From positions 64,001-128,000 of the forward strand of contig JAZDJN010000095.1 in assembly GCA_043803945.1 (NCBI GenBank): 64,000 nucleotides of DNA, written 5' to 3'. Within the stretch, counting starts at the first letter, position 1. Every line of letters starts with the position of its first letter. Of this stretch, positions 48,122 through 59,052 are shown piece by piece. Both the position numbers and the translations under genes were made by a program. This DNA comes from a bacterium (GTDB taxonomy: Bacteria > Bacteroidota > Ignavibacteria > UBA10030). The notes beneath the pieces are model-generated. The model did no database searches, was not told where the DNA came from, and worked only from the letters and a program-made list of their open reading frames with translations.

Positions 48122-49423
48122 TTACCATGCGGCGATTGCTGCTTTCAAAGAGTCGTAGTTGGGAGCGATACGCACACTGTGCTTCGGACGGGATAATGCT
48201 TCAGCAAGTGCGGGCGGTGTCGGTATTGTTATGTGCAGGGCCCGTTCAATGACTTCGGGAAATTTTCCCGGATGAGCGGTTGCCGCGACAATGAAAGGTT
48301 TCTGATTATGAAGCGAGGCAGTTCGTGCAGCATTCACACCTACAGCGGTATGAGGGTCAAGAATTCGTCCCGTCGAACGGTACGTTGTCCGAATCTCTTC
48401 AAGCGTTTCCCCGTCGCTGACGCTCGTTGCCGTAATGGCCTTCCGGATAGCTTTAACCTCGTTGCCGAAGAGAAATTGGATTCTTGCAAGGTTGTTCGGA
48501 TTGCCGACGTCCATTGCGTTCGAGTATGTTTGCCGCGTTGGACAGGGTTCATAGAGACCGGTGGCAAAATACCGGGGAACAACATCGTTGCTGTTTGTGG
48601 CAGCGAGCAGTCCGCCGATCGGTGCGCCCATCTGTTGTGCATACACTGCCGCGGTCAGGTTGCCGAAGTTGCCGCTTGGGACGACAATGGTGGGAGTATC
48701 CGTATTATTCCAGCGGGAACGCAGCTGTGCAATTGCCCAGAGATAGTACACAATTTGGGGAACGAGTCTGCCGATGTTGATGGAATTTGCTGTTGTGAAG
48801 TGGTACCGTTCGACCATGGAAGAATCTGCAAGCAACTGTTTTACAAGGCGTTGGCAATCGTCAAACGTGCCCGATACTTCAATTGCCATAATATTTTCGC
48901 CAAGCGTTGTCATTTGCTGTTCCTGCAAACGGCTTATTTTTCCCGATGGGTAGAGCACCGTAACACGAATATTGGGAGCCCGGAAGAAACCCTGCGCAAC
49001 AGCACTGCCGGTATCCCCGGACGTTGCAACCGCAATAGAGAGTGTCTGTTGACTGTCCTTCAGGAATGCGGAGAGTGCAAGCGCCATAAACCGCGCACCG
49101 ATATCTTTGAACGCCAGTGTCGGTCCATGAAAGAGTTCAAGAAGATAGAGATTCTTGTCAAGCTGAACAAGCGGAACGGGAAAATTCCAAGCCCGCTCAA
49201 CGATTTCATGAAGCACAGGAACAGGAAGCTCATCAATAAACAGGGAAAGAAGAAATTTTCCTATATCATGAAGAGAACGTTGATCGGAGTGATCGAAGAA
49301 TTCCGGTGGAAGCTGCGGTATGGCCTCGGGGACATAGAGGCTGCCGTCGGGGGCCATGCCCTGAAGGAGAGCTTCTCGAAAGCTTACGGTTGGACATTGG
49401 CCAAGAATGCTTCGGAATTTCAT
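48122..49423 (-). CDS. thrC: Threonine synthase
   Basis: LELFHGPTLAFKD (PLP Lys), ATSGDTG, ANSINIGRL, VPSGNFGN, TAHPGKF. Confidence 0.97.
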   Translation of the reverse strand: MKFRSILGQCPTVSFREALLQGMAPDGSLYVPEAIPQLPPEFFDHSDQRSLHDIGKFLLSLFIDELPVPVLHEIVERAWNFPVPLVQLDKNLYLLELFHGPTLAFKDIGARFMALALSAFLKDSQQTLSIAVATSGDTGSAVAQGFFRAPNIRVTVLYPSGKISRLQEQQMTTLGENIMAIEVSGTFDDCQRLVKQLLADSSMVERYHFTTANSINIGRLVPQIVYYLWAIAQLRSRWNNTDTPTIVVPSGNFGNLTAAVYAQQMGAPIGGLLAATNSNDVVPRYFATGLYEPCPTRQTYSNAMDVGNPNNLARIQFLFGNEVKAIRKAITATSVSDGETLEEIRTTYRSTGRILDPHTAVGVNAARTASLHNQKPFIVAATAHPGKFPEVIERALHITIPTPPALAEALSRPKHSVRIAPNYDSLKAAIAAW

Positions 49424-49438
49424 GGGTGGTCTTGGCTC

Positions 49439-50395
49439 CTAAGGCTCTTGCTTCAGAATGTATGCACCCCTGGTATTGATTCGCGAAAGGACAACATCGC
49501 TTGCAATGCCGGTTGCCGAGAGAAACGTGTGCGCCATAAGAGAACCGATATGCCTTGCTTTTCGGAATGAGGACGTAACGGCGAACACAGAGGGACCCGA
49601 GCCGGAGATTGTGCAGCCGTAGGCGCCGGCATTGAGTGCCGCTTCTTTGACTTCGTGGAAACCGGGAATCAAGTTTCCGCGTACGGGTTCAACGATCTGA
49701 TCTTCAACACAGGTTCCGACAAGCCTTGGATCTCCTGTTGCTAATCCAACAGTTAAACCGCTGATGTTACCCCACTGATGGATTGCCATCTCCAGGGTAA
49801 TAGCCTTGGGGAGAATATTGCGAGCGGCTTCGGTTCGTACCGAAAGATGTGGATGAACGACAACCCAAACGATGGAATTCACAATCGGGATTTCAATGAC
49901 ATCCAGAGGAGAATAACTTCGGATGAGGCATGCCCCCCCGAGAAGCGATGGTGCGGCATTGTCGGCATGGGGAGATCCCGACGCCTTCCGTTCTCCCTCA
50001 ACCGCAAACCGTAACAGTTCTTTTTTCTTGAATGGTTTTTGAAGCAGCGCATTGACCGCGACGACGGACGCGACACTGCTCGCAGCAGAGCTTCCGAGTC
50101 CCGATCCCAGTGGCATCTTTTTATGGAGAACCATAGAGATCCCGAACGGGGGCTTAAATTCTTCCAGCATAAGTTGTGCAACATGAGCAGCGACATTGGA
50201 TAGGGGATTGACAGGAACGTCCGGGATCGTTGTGTGAACAGAGAACGCGAGGCCCGGTTGTTCCCGGCGCTGTGCAACAACAACATCGCCCGGGCGGTCG
50301 ATGGCAATACCCAGCACATCAAATCCTGAGCCGAGGTTTGCTATTGTTGCCGGCGCAAAGACCTTAACGCTTCGTCTCTTCCATTGTTTTGTCAT
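49439..50395 (-). CDS. thrB: Homoserine kinase
   Basis: PATIANLGSGFD, PLGSGLGSSAAS, HADN, SGSGPS. Confidence 0.96.
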   Translation of the reverse strand: MTKQWKRRSVKVFAPATIANLGSGFDVLGIAIDRPGDVVVAQRREQPGLAFSVHTTIPDVPVNPLSNVAAHVAQLMLEEFKPPFGISMVLHKKMPLGSGLGSSAASSVASVVAVNALLQKPFKKKELLRFAVEGERKASGSPHADNAAPSLLGGACLIRSYSPLDVIEIPIVNSIVWVVVHPHLSVRTEAARNILPKAITLEMAIHQWGNISGLTVGLATGDPRLVGTCVEDQIVEPVRGNLIPGFHEVKEAALNAGAYGCTISGSGPSVFAVTSSFRKARHIGSLMAHTFLSATGIASDVVLSRINTRGAYILKQEP

Positions 50396-50414
50396 GAACA
50401 CCTATTGTTTGTTA

Positions 50415-50483
50415 CACGAAGTTCCACGAAGAAGCCACGAAGCTACACGAAGAAGCCACGAAGCTACACGAAGAAACACAAAA
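50415..50483. repeat. CACGAAG array with 10/11-bp period
   Basis: CACGAAG at 50415, 50425, 50436, 50446, 50457 and 50467. Confidence 0.9.
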
Positions 50484-50489
50484 AGAATT

Positions 50490-52952
50490 CTAAAATGGAA
50501 GATAATGTAACAATTTCAGCAAATCTGAAAACACACCCATCGCTGTTACATCCGCACCGGCTCCCGGCCCTTGCACAACGAGCGGTGTTCGGGCATACCG
50601 GTGTGTTGTAAAGGCGATACTGTTATCGCTGCCCTTGGTTGATGCGAGAGGGTGATTCAGGGGAACTTCCCGCAGTCCCGCAAAGGCCTTCTTCCCCTGG
50701 AACGTACCGACGTAGCGAAGCACGGCCCCACGTACCCGCGCTTGTTCCAATCGTTTTTGGATGACGGCATCGTACTGTGCCAGACATGTGAAGAACGATT
50801 TTGAAAACTTACCTTTCCGCAGCAATTCAGGGACAAGATTTTCAACTTCGATATCTTCCATTTCCATCTTGAGCCCCAGTTGCCGCGCAAGAATAAGCAG
50901 CTTGCGGGCGACGTCGTCGCCGGACAAATCTTCACGCGGATCCGGTTCTGTAAATCCAAGCTGATGTGCCTGTTGGAGAAAGACGCTAAAGGGCCGGGTT
51001 CCATCGAACATGTTGAAGAGATAACTCAGGGTTCCAGAAAACATTCCTTCCACTTTCACGATTTCATCGCCGCTGGCAATCAGGTCGTTCATCGTTGAAA
51101 TGATCGGCAGGCCGGCACCGACATTTGCTTCGTAAAGAAAATATTTTTGCCGCGTTTTCAGCAGATCCATTAACGAACTGTAGCGATCCCATGGAAGAAC
51201 ATTGGCCCGTTTATTCGGTGTAATGATATGGAGGTTCGCCTTCACATAATCGGCATACGAATCGACGACGGCGCTGCTTGCCGTACAATCGATGAGTGCC
51301 GCATTAGTAAGTCCCAGTTGAGCAACCCTGCGAGTAATCTCCCGGTGGTCGGAATAACGGGGTGCCTGATCGAGCTCTTCGCGCCAGCTTGTCAAATCAA
51401 TACCATCCGGCGAAAGCACAAACCGTTTACTGTTTGCGATGCCGCACACCCGCACGTTGTATCCATGCTCGCGCAAATACTGGTGCTGCTGATGGAGCTG
51501 GCGCAGGAAGGTGCTTCCGATATTGCCAACGCCCACGAGAACCACGGCGAGCGATTTTCGTTGTTCAAAGAAGGCCTCATGGATAACATTCAACGCCCTG
51601 TTTCGTTCCTTTGCACTGATCACAAAGGAAATATTCCGCTCTGTTGCTCCCTGTGCTATGGCTGTGATGTTGATGTTGTTCTGCCCGAGTGCCTGGAAGA
51701 CTTTTCCCGAAACACCGGGAGTCTGTTTCATTCCTTCACCGACAATCGCAATGATCGATTGATCATGTCGTTCGTCAAGGGAGGTGAGTTGATTGTGGAG
51801 TTCATATTGAAACTCGTGGAGCACCGCTTTGCGGGCAAGGGGGGCCTGTGCCTGCGGTACGGCGAAGCACAGTGTGTGTTCTGAAGATGCCTGAGCGATT
51901 AGCAATGCGTTAATGCTTTGCGATCCCAGCGCTCTAAACAATCGTTCGGCCCGGCCGGGGACACCCGCCATACTCATTCCCCTTAGCGTCAACAGGCAGA
52001 TGTGGTCGACCGAGGTAATGCCCTTCGCAACACCCTTCCACTCTTTTGCTTCGGCGGTGATGAGCGTTCCGGGTGCGGTGGGATTCATTGTGTTTTTTAT
52101 GAGGATGGGGATGCGGCGCGCAACAGCCGGAGCAATGGTTGCCGAATGCAGCACCTTTGCACCAAAAAAGGACAACTCCATTGCCTCTTCATAGGAAAGA
52201 TGAGGAAGAACAAAAGCCGAGGGTACCGTCCGTGGATCGGCACTGAGAATTCCGTCAACATCTGTCCAGATTTCGATCATCGAAACATTCAATGCAGCAC
52301 CAATGATCGCGGCCGTATAGTCCGAGCCATTCCGGCCGATTGTTGTTGTCCGGCCATCTTCCGTTGAGGCAATAAATCCTGTGATGATCGGTGTTGTGGT
52401 CCGGCCGGCGGAGGCGAAGAGCTTCTTAAAAAAGGATCGAATCTTTACGTTTGTCTCTTCGAACATGACAGCGGCATGCGTAAAATGATCGTCGGTGACA
52501 ATGAGTTGCCGTGCATCAGCAACGCAAGCCGGTTGATAGTGCCGGAGATGTGCTGCGATGATGGTCGCAGAGAGCCGCTCTCCAAAACTGGCAATCAGAT
52601 CAAGCGTTCTTGGCGGGCAGTAGCGAAGGAGAAATGATCCGTGAAGAATGTCTTGAAGTTCATGAAGCAAGCCGTCAACGATGACATGCACCTGTTTGCG
52701 GCTTTTCTTTTGTACTAACTGCTCGACCGCTTCGGCATGCCGTGTGACGATCTCCTGGTACAGATCCTGATAGTGATTATTTCCCTGCTCGGCAAGGCGG
52801 GCACATTCCAGAAGCTGGTTTGTTATGCCCTGAAACGCGGAGACAACGACCAGCACTCGTTCCTTTCGTGCTACCGAGCGGACAATACGTGTAACATCCC
52901 TGATACGATCGGGAGACGAGACAGAGGAACCGCCAAACTTCAATACTTTCAT
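50490..52952 (-). CDS. thrA: Bifunctional aspartokinase / homoserine dehydrogenase I
   Basis: KFGGSSV, GRNGSDYTA, WTDVDG, ACT domains, GVGNIG, EPDPREDLSG, GPGAG. Confidence 0.97.
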   Translation of the reverse strand: MKVLKFGGSSVSSPDRIRDVTRIVRSVARKERVLVVVSAFQGITNQLLECARLAEQGNNHYQDLYQEIVTRHAEAVEQLVQKKSRKQVHVIVDGLLHELQDILHGSFLLRYCPPRTLDLIASFGERLSATIIAAHLRHYQPACVADARQLIVTDDHFTHAAVMFEETNVKIRSFFKKLFASAGRTTTPIITGFIASTEDGRTTTIGRNGSDYTAAIIGAALNVSMIEIWTDVDGILSADPRTVPSAFVLPHLSYEEAMELSFFGAKVLHSATIAPAVARRIPILIKNTMNPTAPGTLITAEAKEWKGVAKGITSVDHICLLTLRGMSMAGVPGRAERLFRALGSQSINALLIAQASSEHTLCFAVPQAQAPLARKAVLHEFQYELHNQLTSLDERHDQSIIAIVGEGMKQTPGVSGKVFQALGQNNINITAIAQGATERNISFVISAKERNRALNVIHEAFFEQRKSLAVVLVGVGNIGSTFLRQLHQQHQYLREHGYNVRVCGIANSKRFVLSPDGIDLTSWREELDQAPRYSDHREITRRVAQLGLTNAALIDCTASSAVVDSYADYVKANLHIITPNKRANVLPWDRYSSLMDLLKTRQKYFLYEANVGAGLPIISTMNDLIASGDEIVKVEGMFSGTLSYLFNMFDGTRPFSVFLQQAHQLGFTEPDPREDLSGDDVARKLLILARQLGLKMEMEDIEVENLVPELLRKGKFSKSFFTCLAQYDAVIQKRLEQARVRGAVLRYVGTFQGKKAFAGLREVPLNHPLASTKGSDNSIAFTTHRYARTPLVVQGPGAGADVTAMGVFSDLLKLLHYLPF

Positions 52953-53000
52953 ACAACAATCCATCAATAATGAATAATGAGGTTAATTCTGAGCGGCTTA

Positions 53001-53837
53001 TCATTTGGTGTGCAAAGTTGACGGCTGCTCCAACTGAAACCGCTCCATGGTTGGCAAGGAGGTCAGGACGAAAACCTCTTCAAGCTTAATAAAATCAACC
53101 GCTGAATTCAACACCACATTCTTGAAGAGAGAGCCGGGAGGTTCCTGTACGTCGGTCACAATGCCAACGCGAAGATCTGCAGGATAAGTACTGCTATATG
53201 CTGTGGTCAGAACAAGATCGCCAACAATCACATCGGCCTTTTTGGTAACATTCTTGAGGATGAGCGACGTTCCATCCCATGCAATGATTCCGTCAACACG
53301 GCTTCGCTGCACCTTAACACTTGCGCGAAAATCGGTATTCAGGAGAATCCGTACAACAGAAAAATGATCAGTACAATGCGCAACGACGCCGACAAGTCCG
53401 CCAATGCCAACCACAGGCATTTTTTCTTCGATGCCGTCGGCACGCCCGACATTCAGCGTTATGGTATTGCGCAGGAGCGACAGGTTCTTATTGACAACAG
53501 AAGCGGCGATAGCCCGGTACTGGGAAAATTCTTTCAATTGGAGAAGCTGGCGGAGCCGGATGTTTTCGAGGCGAGCCTCGCGCAATTGATTTACCTCATC
53601 GGCAAGATCAATGTTGAGTTTTCGCAACAGGGCATTCTCGGATTTCAAACCAAAGTATTGCGGAATGAAGGCAAACTGGTTTTGTACAACGCCAAAGGCA
53701 ATAGTGGTAACGCTGCGGATATGGCGAACCTGAAGATTGTCGTTAAAGACAAGGAGAAGCAATGAGAGCAGAATTAATCCTGCCAGAATCGCATATTCTT
53801 TAAAGAGAAGAATATAATTATAGAGTCGTTGAAACAT
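53001..53837 (-). CDS. mreC: Rod shape-determining protein MreC
   Basis: N-terminal TM, coiled coil EN..LR.LL, G..DG...MPV...GLVG; follows mreB. Confidence 0.93.
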   Translation of the reverse strand: MFQRLYNYILLFKEYAILAGLILLSLLLLVFNDNLQVRHIRSVTTIAFGVVQNQFAFIPQYFGLKSENALLRKLNIDLADEVNQLREARLENIRLRQLLQLKEFSQYRAIAASVVNKNLSLLRNTITLNVGRADGIEEKMPVVGIGGLVGVVAHCTDHFSVVRILLNTDFRASVKVQRSRVDGIIAWDGTSLILKNVTKKADVIVGDLVLTTAYSSTYPADLRVGIVTDVQEPPGSLFKNVVLNSAVDFIKLEEVFVLTSLPTMERFQLEQPSTLHTK

Positions 53838-53934
53838 AGTTGCCTTGTCCGGCGACAGGAGATCGTCACTTCGTTAGAACGTTTGGGAAGAACGCGTCTG
53901 AAGCTGCGATCCGTATCGTTGTCGCCCCCGATCT

Positions 53935-54960
53935 TTAATAGCGCTTACTCTTGATGAGCACCTTGGAAAAATGTTTCAGGTCCTCCAGCACTTTTCCGGT
54001 TCCACGAACAACGACGGTAAGCGGATCATCGGCAACATGGATTGGGAGATTGGTTTCCAGGCGAAGCCGCTCATCCAGTCCTTTTAACAATGCCCCTCCG
54101 CCGGTGAGCATGATTCCCCGGTCCAGAATGTCGGCCGACAGCTCGGGAGGCGTGCGCTCCAATGTGATTTTTGTCGCTTCAACAATTTGCGCAATCGGTT
54201 CGTTGAGGGCATCACGAATTTCCACAGAGCTGACTTCAGTTGTCTTTGGCACCCCGTTCACCAGGTCGCGGCCTTTGACCTGAATGGTGATTTCTTCCTT
54301 CAACGGCATGGCGGAACCGACCTCGCATTTTATGGCTTCGGCTGTCCGCTCGCCAATGAGAATGTTGTGGTTCCGTTTAAAGAACAGGACGATCGCGTTA
54401 TTCATCTCATCGCCGGCAACGCGAATCGATTCTTCGTTAACAATTCCGGAAAGCGCAATGACCGCAATCTCCGTCGTTCCACCTCCGATATCGACAATCA
54501 TGTTGCCAACCGGAGCATCAACATCGAGGCCGATACCAATTGCCGAGGACATGGGCTCGGCGATCAAATGCACTTCTTTTGCGCCGGCATGTTCTGCAGC
54601 GTCGCGTACGGCACGTTTCTCGACCTCGGTTATACCGGAGGGAACCGACACCACAATACGACGGCTCGGCACCCACCCCACACTGATTTTCTTGATGAAC
54701 TCGCGCAGCATCCCTTCGGCAATTTCGAAGTCGGCAATAACGCCATCCTTCATAGGACGGATGGTACGGATATCGCGGTGGGTGCGGCCCAGCATCTCAC
54801 GAGCTTCATGGCCAATCGCAATGATCTTCTTGGTGTTCCGATCGAATGCGACGATGGATGGTTCATTTAAAACAATTCCCTTGCCTTTCATCCAGATCAC
54901 AGTGTTTGCTGTGCCCAGATCGACGGCAATGTCTGCAGAAAAAAGAGAGAAAAGACCCAT
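53935..54960 (-). CDS. mreB: Rod shape-determining protein MreB
   Basis: DLGTANT, DGVIADF, DIGGGTTE, LTGGGALL. Confidence 0.99.
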   Translation of the reverse strand: MGLFSLFSADIAVDLGTANTVIWMKGKGIVLNEPSIVAFDRNTKKIIAIGHEAREMLGRTHRDIRTIRPMKDGVIADFEIAEGMLREFIKKISVGWVPSRRIVVSVPSGITEVEKRAVRDAAEHAGAKEVHLIAEPMSSAIGIGLDVDAPVGNMIVDIGGGTTEIAVIALSGIVNEESIRVAGDEMNNAIVLFFKRNHNILIGERTAEAIKCEVGSAMPLKEEITIQVKGRDLVNGVPKTTEVSSVEIRDALNEPIAQIVEATKITLERTPPELSADILDRGIMLTGGGALLKGLDERLRLETNLPIHVADDPLTVVVRGTGKVLEDLKHFSKVLIKSKRY

Positions 54961-54999
54961 AGAATTAATAGTTCTCTATCGTGATATGATAACGTATCC

Positions 55000-56538
55000 T
55001 CAATGTCTGAAATGCCGCACGCCTGTAAACACCATGGCAACGCCATGCTCGTCGGCAGCTTTGATTACCTCGTCGTCGCGGATCGATCCGCCTGGTTGAA
55101 TAACCGCCCGTGCGCCTCCCTTGATCGCCTCCAGCAAACCATCGGCAAATGGGAAGAAGGCATCCGAGGCAACAACACAATCCCGGAGGTTAAGCCCCGC
55201 CTCTCCGGCCTTCCCAACGGCAATCTTTGCAGAATCCACCCTTGACATCTGTCCTGCACCAATACCGAGTGTGCGATCCTTACCGGTATAGACGATGGCG
55301 TTCGATTTTACATGTTTTGCAACACGCCATGCAAACAATAGACCTTCAATTTCCTCTTCGGTCGGTTTTCGTTTTGTGACGGGAGTGAGCTGTTCGCGGG
55401 TGATCCGGTGGCGATCCTGATCCTGCAATAGGATTCCCGCGATGACACCGCGCACATCGAACTCTTTCACCGACCGGATATCGACCATCTGTTGAACCAG
55501 TCGCCGGTCTTTCTTTTTCATCATCAGATCGAGCACAGCATTCAGGAATGCCGGCGCGACAACAACTTCTGTAAAGATCTCGTTGATCAGTTCCGCGGTC
55601 TTCAGATCTAACGGACGGTTGACGACAATAATTCCGCCAAAGGCCGACTTGGGATCTGTCGCAAGCGCTTTCTTGTACGCTTCAACAAGCGACTCATCAG
55701 AGCCGACACCACAAGGATTATTGTGCTTGACGATGACTGCGGTTGGTTTATCGAATTCGGAACAGAGGAGTGCCGCCGAGTTAATATCAAGAATGTTATT
55801 ATAGGAAAGTTCCTTCCCGTGCAGCTTCTTAAAGCAGGAGGAAAATTTTCCGTAGAGGGCAGCGGTCTGATGAGGATTCTCTCCATAGCGGAGCGGCTCT
55901 GCTTTCTGCATGGAGATCGTCACAACGTCCGGTAACCGGCCGGTAGACTGGAGTGACGCGAAATAGACAGCAATAACAGTATCGTACGATGCGGTATGCT
56001 GGAAGGCTTCACGCGCAAGTTCGAAGCGAAGCGCCGGTGTCAATGCGCCCTCATGGGCAGAGAGGTCGTTGAGAATCTCGGTGTATCGTGCTGGATTGAC
56101 GACGACCGCAGTGTGGCGATAATTCTTTGCGGCGGCACGAAGCATCGAAGAGCCCCCAATATCAATTTGCTCGATGGCTTCCTCGAGCGTTACCTCTTCG
56201 CGCTCAATGGTTTTTTCAAACGGATAAAGATTGACGACAACAAGATCGATGGGTGTGATATGATGATCATGCAGTTGTTTGACGTGCAGCGGATTATCGA
56301 GTGCCGCAAGAATGCCGGCATGAATCGCCGGGTGTAATGTCTTCACTCTGCCATCAAGAATTTCGGGGAAGCCGGTAATCTCCGAGACCTGCTTTACTGC
56401 AATACCAGCATCGCTTAAGGCCTGATAGGTGCCGCCTGTTGAAATAATTTCGACGTTGAACGATCGCAGCACGCGGGCCAATTCCAGGACGCCGCGTTTG
56501 TCCGAGACACTGATCAACGCACGACGAACGGTTAGCAT
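55000..56538 (-). CDS. purH: Bifunctional AICAR transformylase / IMP cyclohydrolase
   Basis: RALISVSDK, GRVKTLHP, LRYGENPHQ, SDAFFPF, RHFRH; SD AAGGAG before ATG 56538. Confidence 0.98.
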   Translation of the reverse strand: MLTVRRALISVSDKRGVLELARVLRSFNVEIISTGGTYQALSDAGIAVKQVSEITGFPEILDGRVKTLHPAIHAGILAALDNPLHVKQLHDHHITPIDLVVVNLYPFEKTIEREEVTLEEAIEQIDIGGSSMLRAAAKNYRHTAVVVNPARYTEILNDLSAHEGALTPALRFELAREAFQHTASYDTVIAVYFASLQSTGRLPDVVTISMQKAEPLRYGENPHQTAALYGKFSSCFKKLHGKELSYNNILDINSAALLCSEFDKPTAVIVKHNNPCGVGSDESLVEAYKKALATDPKSAFGGIIVVNRPLDLKTAELINEIFTEVVVAPAFLNAVLDLMMKKKDRRLVQQMVDIRSVKEFDVRGVIAGILLQDQDRHRITREQLTPVTKRKPTEEEIEGLLFAWRVAKHVKSNAIVYTGKDRTLGIGAGQMSRVDSAKIAVGKAGEAGLNLRDCVVASDAFFPFADGLLEAIKGGARAVIQPGGSIRDDEVIKAADEHGVAMVFTGVRHFRH

Positions 56539-56588
56539 GGGAATCTCCTTTGTGGCCGGATGGATATGCAGTTCAAACGTTGGTACTT

Positions 56589-57212
56589 TTAATTCGGTGA
56601 TTGTATCCACACAGCCCTTTCGCTGAAACGAACTCTCTGTTCTGCAAATGCTCGCAACGCTTCCGAATAAATCTTATGCTCGACCTTCAGGATTTTTGCT
56701 GCAAGTGTTGCCGGGGTATCGTGCTCTTCTACCGGAACCACTCCTTGAAGGACAATGTGTCCCCGGTCATATTCTTCGTCGACAAGATGAACCGTTGCGC
56801 CGCTGAATTTTGCCCCGGATGCAATCACGGATTCATGAACAAAATGTCCGTACATCCCCTTACCGCCAAATCCCGGGAGCAAGGCTGGATGGATATTCAG
56901 AATCCGGTTTCGATAGGCCTGGATTACACGCACCGGAATCTTTTTCATATATCCAGCCAGCGCAATCAGATCTGTGTTATGGTCATCCAGTACACAGAGC
57001 AGTTTGTTGACGAAGAGTTCTTCATCGGCAAACTGCTGCTGACTGATATGATAAGCAGGAATTGCATGCTCGTGCGCAATCTCAATCGCGCCGGCGCTCG
57101 AATTGTTACTTATTAGTAGAGAGACTCGGGCCGGGAGTGTACCTTGTTGAATTGCATTGAGAATTGCCGAAAAATTAGAGCCACGTCCTGACACAAAAAC
57201 GGCAATGTTCAT
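56589..57212 (-). CDS. purN: Phosphoribosylglycinamide formyltransferase
   Basis: SGRGSN, LAGYMK, NIHPALLP, GATVHLV..YD.G. Confidence 0.97.
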   Translation of the reverse strand: MNIAVFVSGRGSNFSAILNAIQQGTLPARVSLLISNNSSAGAIEIAHEHAIPAYHISQQQFADEELFVNKLLCVLDDHNTDLIALAGYMKKIPVRVIQAYRNRILNIHPALLPGFGGKGMYGHFVHESVIASGAKFSGATVHLVDEEYDRGHIVLQGVVPVEEHDTPATLAAKILKVEHKIYSEALRAFAEQRVRFSERAVWIQSPN

Positions 57213-57248
57213 CGACGAATTGAGTAACGACATTAACAAATTCGAGCA

Positions 57249-57277
57249 AATGTAACGATAAGTTGAGGGAGAATCAA
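57249..57277 (-). promoter_or_regulatory. Sigma70 promoter for the purN run
   Basis: Minus strand TTGATT-17 bp-TACATT. Confidence 0.55.
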
Positions 57278-57533
57278 TATGAGAACTTCATGTGGGTGTG
57301 TCTCCAATAAGGGGGGTGGTTTGTGCTGCGATAATGTTAACAACGTAAAGCTAATGAAATATTCAAAATTGCTGGCTTGAAGAGAAATTAATTCTTATCA
57401 CAATTGGTCATTTCCGATTCTTCAATTATAAGCGTTATCTATGTCTATAAGCAATTTGAGTATCATTACTTGACGAGGATCACCATCTTCGTTTGAACAA
57501 ATTATCGAGCTTGGAGCGGGTAGACATATATTC

Positions 57534-57821
57534 TTAGTACCGGATGCACCGGAAACCGCCGTTGGGATAGTTATTGCCCGGGTAGTCAAATACACCACGA
57601 TAGCTAACTTGACAGTCAGATGCCCCGTACCGATATGATCCACCACGTAACATTCGGTGTGCGCCAGAAGTCGATCCTTTCGGATTTGTCTGATACGATC
57701 CGTTATATGGTCCATACCAATCCCAGCACCACTCCCGTACATTGCCGCTCATATCATATAAACCAAGCTCGTTCGCCCCATGGGTTGACACAGGATGGGT
57801 GTTGTAGTCCGAGGATGCCAT
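57534..57821 (-). pseudogene. Orphan C-terminal fragment of an FGE-sulfatase (CLec-fold) domain
   Basis: THPV...ANELGLYDMSGNVREWCWDWY...RMLRGGSY...GFRC; N-terminal half of the domain missing. Confidence 0.8.
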
Positions 57822-57945
57822 CCTGCAGCGTGTCGACAAGGTTATAGCTTCGGGAACGAGTTCCACGGTATGGCAAAGAAACTTGTAGTCAGTGCAGTAG
57901 ATGGCATAGGCCGAACGAAATTTGAGTAGAAGGAGCGACACTGAA

Positions 57946-58971
57946 GTGGCATCTCTTTTCAAGCGAAATAATGGGATCTACTATATCGTCTATCATGACG
58001 GGCCCCGTCGTGTGTGGATGTCCACACATACACGAACACGAGAAGAGGCTGAAGAACTGTACCGGTCACTCAAGCCATCACTAGAAGTCCCACATGTCGT
58101 CAGGCTTCAGGAATTAGCGCACCGATTTCTTAGGTATGCTGCGGTAAATTACAAAAAGGGGACGGTCAATCTTTACAGGATATCGCTGCAACGTTTCATT
58201 GCCTGCGTAGGAGACAAGCCTTTACGTTTTCTCAGCCCGATCGATGCCGAGACTTTTAAGGAACATCTCATCCAGCAGGTTGGAAGAGTTTCGGCAAATG
58301 TTTACCTAAGAACTCTGAAAACCGCATTCAACACAGCAATTCGTCTTCGTCTGACTCAAGACAATCCTTTACAGGGGTGCAGGTTGTTCAGAATTCCGCC
58401 TAAGGATCCAGTGTATATACCAAAAGAAGATTTCGCCAAACTGTTGGTTGCAATTCGTGATCATCGCTTTAGAAACCTTGTGCTGTTTGCTGCTCTCACA
58501 GGCATGAGAAGGGGAGAGCTCATTAGCCTTCGATGGAGCGACATCGACCAAAGTTCCAGGTTGATACGTATCAGGAACAAAGATGATTTCACAGTGAAAG
58601 GAATGCGCTCCAGGTCAATCCCAATAAATCGGGACCTCTTCAGCCTAATCTTGAAAATGCCAAGAGAATCAGAACATGTTCTTGTGGACACGCACGGGAA
58701 ACCCTATGATGGCTCATCTGTCACAAAAAAGTTCAAGCGCATCGTACGCACATGTGGCCTTTCCGAAAAGATTCATTTTCATTCCTTGCGCCACACGTAC
58801 GCATCATGGCTTGTCCAGTCAGCAACGCCCCTCGCAGAAATTCAGAAGCTGCTCGGACACTCATCTGTCGTGACCACTCAAATCTACTCTCATCTGGAAG
58901 AAGAACATTTGCGTGGGGCAGCAGAGAAGATCCGTTTGCACGAGTTCACCCCCAAGGGCTTCTTGAGCTGA
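57946..58971 (+). mobile_element. Tyrosine recombinase / integrase
   Basis: TGMRRGEL, HSLRH, LGHS, TQIY catalytic residues; SD AGGAG before GTG 57946. Confidence 0.93.
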
Positions 58972-59052
58972 GACGGCCCGCTCAACAAGAACGAGGACAA
59001 ACCGGTTCGCGGGCCAGCATTTCTCCAAGCTTTGCCCACATTTGTTTTCATC

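Noticed and set aside
48233-49570. 445-aa plus-strand ORF
   Set aside because: Antisense shadow of thrC/thrB with no recognisable motifs. The same applies to other long antisense ORFs over thrA, mreB and pyrF.
57292-57306. 15-bp match GTGGGTGTGTCTCCA to 12235-12249 as an att pair
   Set aside because: A few matches of this length are expected by chance in 64 kb, and the intervening DNA is core genes.
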